DNA of 64,000 nt from positions 96,001 to 160,000 of the forward strand of contig JBPOFY010000002.1 in assembly GCA_051252375.1 (NCBI GenBank). Reading direction: 5' to 3'. Under the pieces are notes generated by a model. The model had not been told where the DNA came from. It ran no database searches and worked only from the letters and a program-made list of their open reading frames with translations. Positions 60,701 through 64,000 of this stretch are shown here, in pieces; positions within the stretch are counted from its first letter, which is position 1; each line of letters starts with the position of its first letter. The stretch is from Opitutaceae bacterium. GTDB lineage: Bacteria > Verrucomicrobiota > Verrucomicrobiia > Opitutales > Coraliomargaritaceae. The position numbers and the translations under genes are program-made.

Positions 60701-61162
60701 GAGCATTATGCTCTCCCGCTTACTTACACTCCGGAGGACACTTTCTATGTTCCAGAGAACGTCCATATCATCGGAATGATGAATACCGCGGACCGTTCGT
60801 TGGCGATGGTAGATTACGCACTGCGACGGCGCTTCGCATTCATGGATCTGAAGCCCGCCTTCAGTAGCGACAAGTTTGTTGCCCACCTCAAAGAACACAA
60901 AGTGCCGGTCGCCAAGGCAAAACAAATTCAGGTGGCGATGGGTGCACTCAACAAACAAATCGCTGAAAGCACACGCGACTTGGGCGAAGGCTACTGCATC
61001 GGACACAGCTTCTTCTGCCCTACCGATCCAGTCGATGACGTCTCCCAATGGTATCGAGAAATCATCGAGACCGAAATCCAACCACTCCTAGAAGAATATT
61101 GGGCGGACAGTGATAGCGGAAAAGTCGAATCCGAAATCGAAAAGCTCTTGAATGGAGAGTAA
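57704..61162 (+). CDS. mcrB: McrB-family AAA+ GTPase with long multi-domain N-terminus
   Basis: GPPGVGKS, QFHQSYAYEDF, IIDEINRGN, MNTADRS, ALRRRF, IGHSFF. Confidence 0.93.
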   Translation: MARISDHNITPILDAAEKWKNTCLTGEGSVFGNEPIWSKALLDEFDEHFIQKPDFGEDDFYTKWEKQVKAGSKQLAKLAAEILWLHYLFPSNVNHKTKVDQICQVYLWSGEQLDPKHPMLEALMSGVGSAGMGYNMRRPDEIEYLLRIVVTFRNLDSKQQDTLLADPWAFSNWLDTASDSINQSSRLFRHILVFLLFPDEMERIASKNHKEKILECWKELAKGAPIAEKDSKLVTLDKQLLKIRQHLEKESGGEPMDFYYDKWFPKWDPKAAKPTAVDEDGSSYGDLHPLMQRFQSIMPDFVDFENPGKKFKEEELKYKHDLLNAFQAKQSSIEAKLDKDDALGAIEDLKRLITKTNLVNWRGWDLMFGKPVNEHASFELLQEIRDLSQGAYSKDKLEPIFSIMKEHGLKPGWTLPTLLLWLWNPDEYYPVKSSYIRDFSSKLGNKLKMVAPAPEPMEEFMQLGRDTWKMLTPWKPKDWVDVQSFMWVMARQGPIEDSVTTTKDSRIWILAPGENAYLWDEMREEGIAAIGWDELGDLTEYESREALNAELKALRGEDRTPSNDSLACWQFRDSIQPGDWIVAKNGISEILGYGVVTSSYRHDSDREVYRNIVDVDWKLNDHWDVSPIKLPIKTLTDITDDKAMVRNLLKLMNVELPPFANDGTASNDKELAAPFDDCFESVEEANALLDLCVIGMREFGLDAETQDDPRLAITLPQKITGRTGTLRFNLGNWIAFSIIKRKDGQRLFQFNCLIEHVPEYNLDPEILKESKAAGLDTALIRVPVSEALTPEFEVIFKASMQAFGKMFKNWKGTPFRQHHLQKLYGLFFDLERRRALLTKGLREEPIDKIAPPPIVDLIEKYEKTDALKELFIDEVTYDRMATLLRRKKNLILQGPPGVGKSFLAKRLAQSLMGEKDANRVTMIQFHQSYAYEDFIQGFRPSGGDGASFEKRNGVFYRFCKKAEGNPDQDYYFIIDEINRGNLSRIFGELMLLIEPDKRGEHYALPLTYTPEDTFYVPENVHIIGMMNTADRSLAMVDYALRRRFAFMDLKPAFSSDKFVAHLKEHKVPVAKAKQIQVAMGALNKQIAESTRDLGEGYCIGHSFFCPTDPVDDVSQWYREIIETEIQPLLEEYWADSDSGKVESEIEKLLNGE

Positions 61163-62639
61163 AATACCAGTCGAGAATCTCTACTATCTCCTATGCTACT
61201 CTTGGGATCGGCTGGAGGAAGGTGAACTCGCAGCTGTCGACTCTGAAGCCTGCGACACACTTCAGGATCTGCTTGCGAAGGTTCTAGTCAGTGGCACACA
61301 GCGTCTAATCAAACAAGGCTTCCATCGCGGCTATCAGGAGAAGGTCGAGGAAACGTCTTCATTACGCGGGCGGATCGCATTTAGCCCTTCACTTCGACAA
61401 CTCAGCTGGACAAAGGGGCGGATGGTCTGCGAGTTCACAGAACTGAGCTACAACACCCTCCCCAACCGCATCCTAAAGACCACCCTACGCAACTTGCTCT
61501 ACACCTCGGGCATCAACAATGAGCGCAAGGATCAGATTGCCGGCATTCTACACCACCTTCATGAAGTCAGTCCGATTCGAATCACCTCTAAGCTCTTTAA
61601 ACGCATTCAGTATCACCAGAATCTCCGCTATTACCGCTTCCTGATGAACATCTGCGAGTTGGTTCATGATTGCCTTATCCCGAAGGAGGGAAATGGGGAA
61701 TCGCAGTTTCGAGACTTCCTTAGAGATCATCAAAAGATGGCTGCGATGTTTGAGGAGTTCGTCCGTAATTTCTACAAACGCGAAAGCCAATTCAAAGTCG
61801 GGAACAAACAATACAGTTGGCAGGGCTTTGAGGGCGACGAGACAACTAAAGCACTCCTCCCCACGCTGAACACAGACGTCGAGCTGCGCTCCGGCAATGC
61901 GTTGACTATCATGGACTGCAAATTTTACCACGACGCCTTCACCAACAACCGGGACACTCAACGCTTTAAAACAGCGAATCTTTATCAGCTCTACGCCTAT
62001 ATCATGAACCGACAGCTGAAGGAGCCCGAGCTGAAAATATCTGGCATGTTGCTCTATCCCGAAACAGAGGAGTCGTTTTGCCACCGGTTTAAGCTTCAAG
62101 GGCACGCCATGTGCATAGCCAGCATCAACCTCAGTCAGCCCTGGCAGGAAATTCACGATGACCTACTAGCATTGGTATCCGAACAACCTGAAAGCACACA
62201 AAACCAGCAATCACTCGATCCAATCGATTTAGAAGATGCGATCACAACCTGCGCCTTGCGATTCATGGGTTACGAATACTGGGAGGAGCGACACCACGCG
62301 TTCGAAGGGGCTCATGCTGGCGACTTCTCAGCACTGACGACTGACTTGATCAAGACAGGTCGACTCCACGATAATGATAACGACAACCTATGCGCGTTCT
62401 TTATCCTTCAAAGGTATTTATGCAAAATGGGAGGCGATCAACTAAGGGAGGATAGCCCGGAACGCATCGTATACTACCGTCTATTCCTGCACTGCTACAA
62501 ACTAGAGATACCTGATGCTTTCAAGCATTCGGAATACCAAGGGAAGTGGATACAAGGTGGTCTGATAAACCATGAAGCCATCGCAGACCAAGTCCGTCAG
62601 CAGAAGTTATCAATCCCAGACAGAGATCATGGAATTTAG
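61152..62639 (+). CDS. mcrC: McrC restriction subunit with about 150-aa C-terminal extension
   Basis: IPVENLYYLLCYSW, FEEFVRNFY, TDVEL..MDCKFY, NLYQLYAY, GMLLYP; overlaps mcrB. Confidence 0.9.
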   Translation: MESKIPVENLYYLLCYSWDRLEEGELAAVDSEACDTLQDLLAKVLVSGTQRLIKQGFHRGYQEKVEETSSLRGRIAFSPSLRQLSWTKGRMVCEFTELSYNTLPNRILKTTLRNLLYTSGINNERKDQIAGILHHLHEVSPIRITSKLFKRIQYHQNLRYYRFLMNICELVHDCLIPKEGNGESQFRDFLRDHQKMAAMFEEFVRNFYKRESQFKVGNKQYSWQGFEGDETTKALLPTLNTDVELRSGNALTIMDCKFYHDAFTNNRDTQRFKTANLYQLYAYIMNRQLKEPELKISGMLLYPETEESFCHRFKLQGHAMCIASINLSQPWQEIHDDLLALVSEQPESTQNQQSLDPIDLEDAITTCALRFMGYEYWEERHHAFEGAHAGDFSALTTDLIKTGRLHDNDNDNLCAFFILQRYLCKMGGDQLREDSPERIVYYRLFLHCYKLEIPDAFKHSEYQGKWIQGGLINHEAIADQVRQQKLSIPDRDHGI

Positions 62640-63390
62640 AATAGCGAATTGGAACATTGAGCGCCCACAGGCAGACCAAACTGAGAAAATCTCCGCTCTA
62701 ATAGCCCATATGCAATGTGTTGATGCGGACATTTGGATACTGACAGAAAGCAACCGACAGGTAGTGCCCGCTCCAGGATATCATTCTCAGCATAGCGGAC
62801 AACCTGATCGCCCTTCAGGAGATGGAGAAGTGTGGTGCTCGATATGGTCACGCTATGAGTTAGAGGATTTGAATACCTACGTTTCTGATCCGGCACGGTG
62901 CACCGCTGCCAGACTTCAGCACCCAACTATGGGAGGCATCCTTGTTTATGGACTGATACTTCCTTGGCACACCGACAACTGGCAAAACCGCCCCAACAAA
63001 GACGGCGTTGCTTTTACAGAGGCTCTGAAGCTCTATCAGAACGATTGGAGACGACTTACTGCTGAATTTCCAGATGACCTCTTGATCGTTGCAGGCGATT
63101 TCAATCAAAACGTAACTAATGAGCATTATTACGGCTCTGCTCTAAGGCGTGAACGACTCCAGCAAGCGATGGATGCAGACGGATTACGAATTCTGACCTC
63201 CTACGAGTCCGACCCAATCTCAAGAGATTCCCCTGACTATGCCTGTATCGACCATATCTGCGTGAGCAAGCGGCAGAACCTGAAACTAATAGAAACAACG
63301 CGATGGCCCGACGAGCCGAAGCCTGACAGAAAATTGTCTGATCACTTCGGAGTCTCAGTTCTACTTGAAGCATCCGAGAGAATGCTGTGA
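62629..63390 (+). CDS. Endonuclease/exonuclease/phosphatase (EEP) family protein
   Basis: RIANWNI, ADIWILTE, AGDFN, IDHI, SDH; ATG 62629 overlaps the mcrC end. Confidence 0.9.
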   Translation: MEFRIANWNIERPQADQTEKISALIAHMQCVDADIWILTESNRQVVPAPGYHSQHSGQPDRPSGDGEVWCSIWSRYELEDLNTYVSDPARCTAARLQHPTMGGILVYGLILPWHTDNWQNRPNKDGVAFTEALKLYQNDWRRLTAEFPDDLLIVAGDFNQNVTNEHYYGSALRRERLQQAMDADGLRILTSYESDPISRDSPDYACIDHICVSKRQNLKLIETTRWPDEPKPDRKLSDHFGVSVLLEASERML

Positions 63391-63662
63391 CACAACGAGG
63401 TGGCGGTCCCTGCATCCGCAAGCTGAGGTGAATAGAGGTTATTGTTGTGCCTCCGATTTTCCAGTTTAAGACGACTCTCTCCGCATTCTTCATCTGTCAT
63501 ACCAGCAAATCCTACAGCTAGATGCGTCACATGGCCTCAGGGGCAGGACAATTTCCAACGCCGATAGAACTGTTTCACCGAACTTAAGGACACTGCAGTA
63601 TTTGCAGATGGTGTAATCTTCGAATAACCTATTAACTCTCAAATCCGTAGAGGGTTCATATT

Positions 63663-64000
63663 ATGAGCGAAGGAAAACAAACCGAGCTAACTCGCGAGCA
63701 ACTGTTCGAACTGGTCTGGTCCAAGCCTGCGACTCAGTTAGTCTCGCAGCTTGGGATCTCGGACGTCGCAATCACAAAGGCATGTAGACGTTTTAATATC
63801 CCGAAACCACCGCGCGGCTACTGGAACAAACGAAATGCTGGACATAAGATCCGTAAACCTCGCCTGACCAAAGCCCCTGAAGGGGTGCCTGAGCAGATCA
63901 AGTTTAGAATTGGAGACTATTCGATGGATGTGGATCTCCCTCGCATTGCCACATTCCCCGAGAGTGTTGATGAACTCAACAAGATCGCCGGAGAATTGAA
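63663..64000 (+). CDS. Partial gene with N-terminal HTH-like DNA-binding domain
   Basis: Manual translation MSEGKQTELTREQLFELVWSKPATQLVSQLGISDVAITKACRRFNIPKPPRGYWNK; open to the window end. Confidence 0.75.
   Translation, partial: MSEGKQTELTREQLFELVWSKPATQLVSQLGISDVAITKACRRFNIPKPPRGYWNKRNAGHKIRKPRLTKAPEGVPEQIKFRIGDYSMDVDLPRIATFPESVDELNKIAGEL

Larger units (their letters stand above)
27721..64000 (+). mobile_element. tRNA-Thr-anchored integrative defence island (right end not in window)
   Basis: Integrase next to tRNA followed by about 36 kb of co-oriented defence-type genes; no attR copy of the tRNA 3' end seen by eye. Confidence 0.8.

Noticed and set aside
63391..63662. Island right end (attR) or small gene
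   Set aside because: No match to the tRNA 3' ends seen and no convincing ORF; island-type genes continue to the window end.

Overview
Bacterial chromosomal window, most likely Verrucomicrobiota/Opitutae-like (inferred from the Chlamydia-type nrdAB and PVC-style secreted proteins and repeats; not proven). 1-14.6 kb is a patchwork of accessory genes: partial CheB-CheR fusion, zinc peptidase, SDR, two DoxX, secreted proteins, RadD/YejH helicase and glutaminase. It ends in an HUH/Y1 (RAYT-like) transposase with perfect 31-bp terminal inverted repeats, plus a decayed second copy upstream. 14.7-20.9 kb is an AT-rich islet of hydrolases, membrane proteins and a P-loop ATPase. 21-27.8 kb is core-like: nrdBA, with an R2 lacking the radical Tyr (class Ic signature) and tandem NrdR boxes, then an ECF sigma operon and tRNA-Lys/tRNA-Thr. 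From 27.9 kb to the window end is a tyrosine-integrase island next to tRNA-Thr, packed with defence genes on the + strand. In order: a SeqA homologue bracketed by a 62-bp direct repeat, SNF2 helicase + type III R-M + HNH, an unknown gene, DUF2130, a four-gene metallophosphoesterase + trypsin-effector Lamassu/ABC-3C system, Wadjet jetABCD, an SBD-type HNH nuclease, McrBC with extra domains, and an EEP nuclease. The best candidates for new biology are the phosphoesterase-protease Lamassu variant and the orphan SeqA cassette. All calls come from motif reading without database searches.
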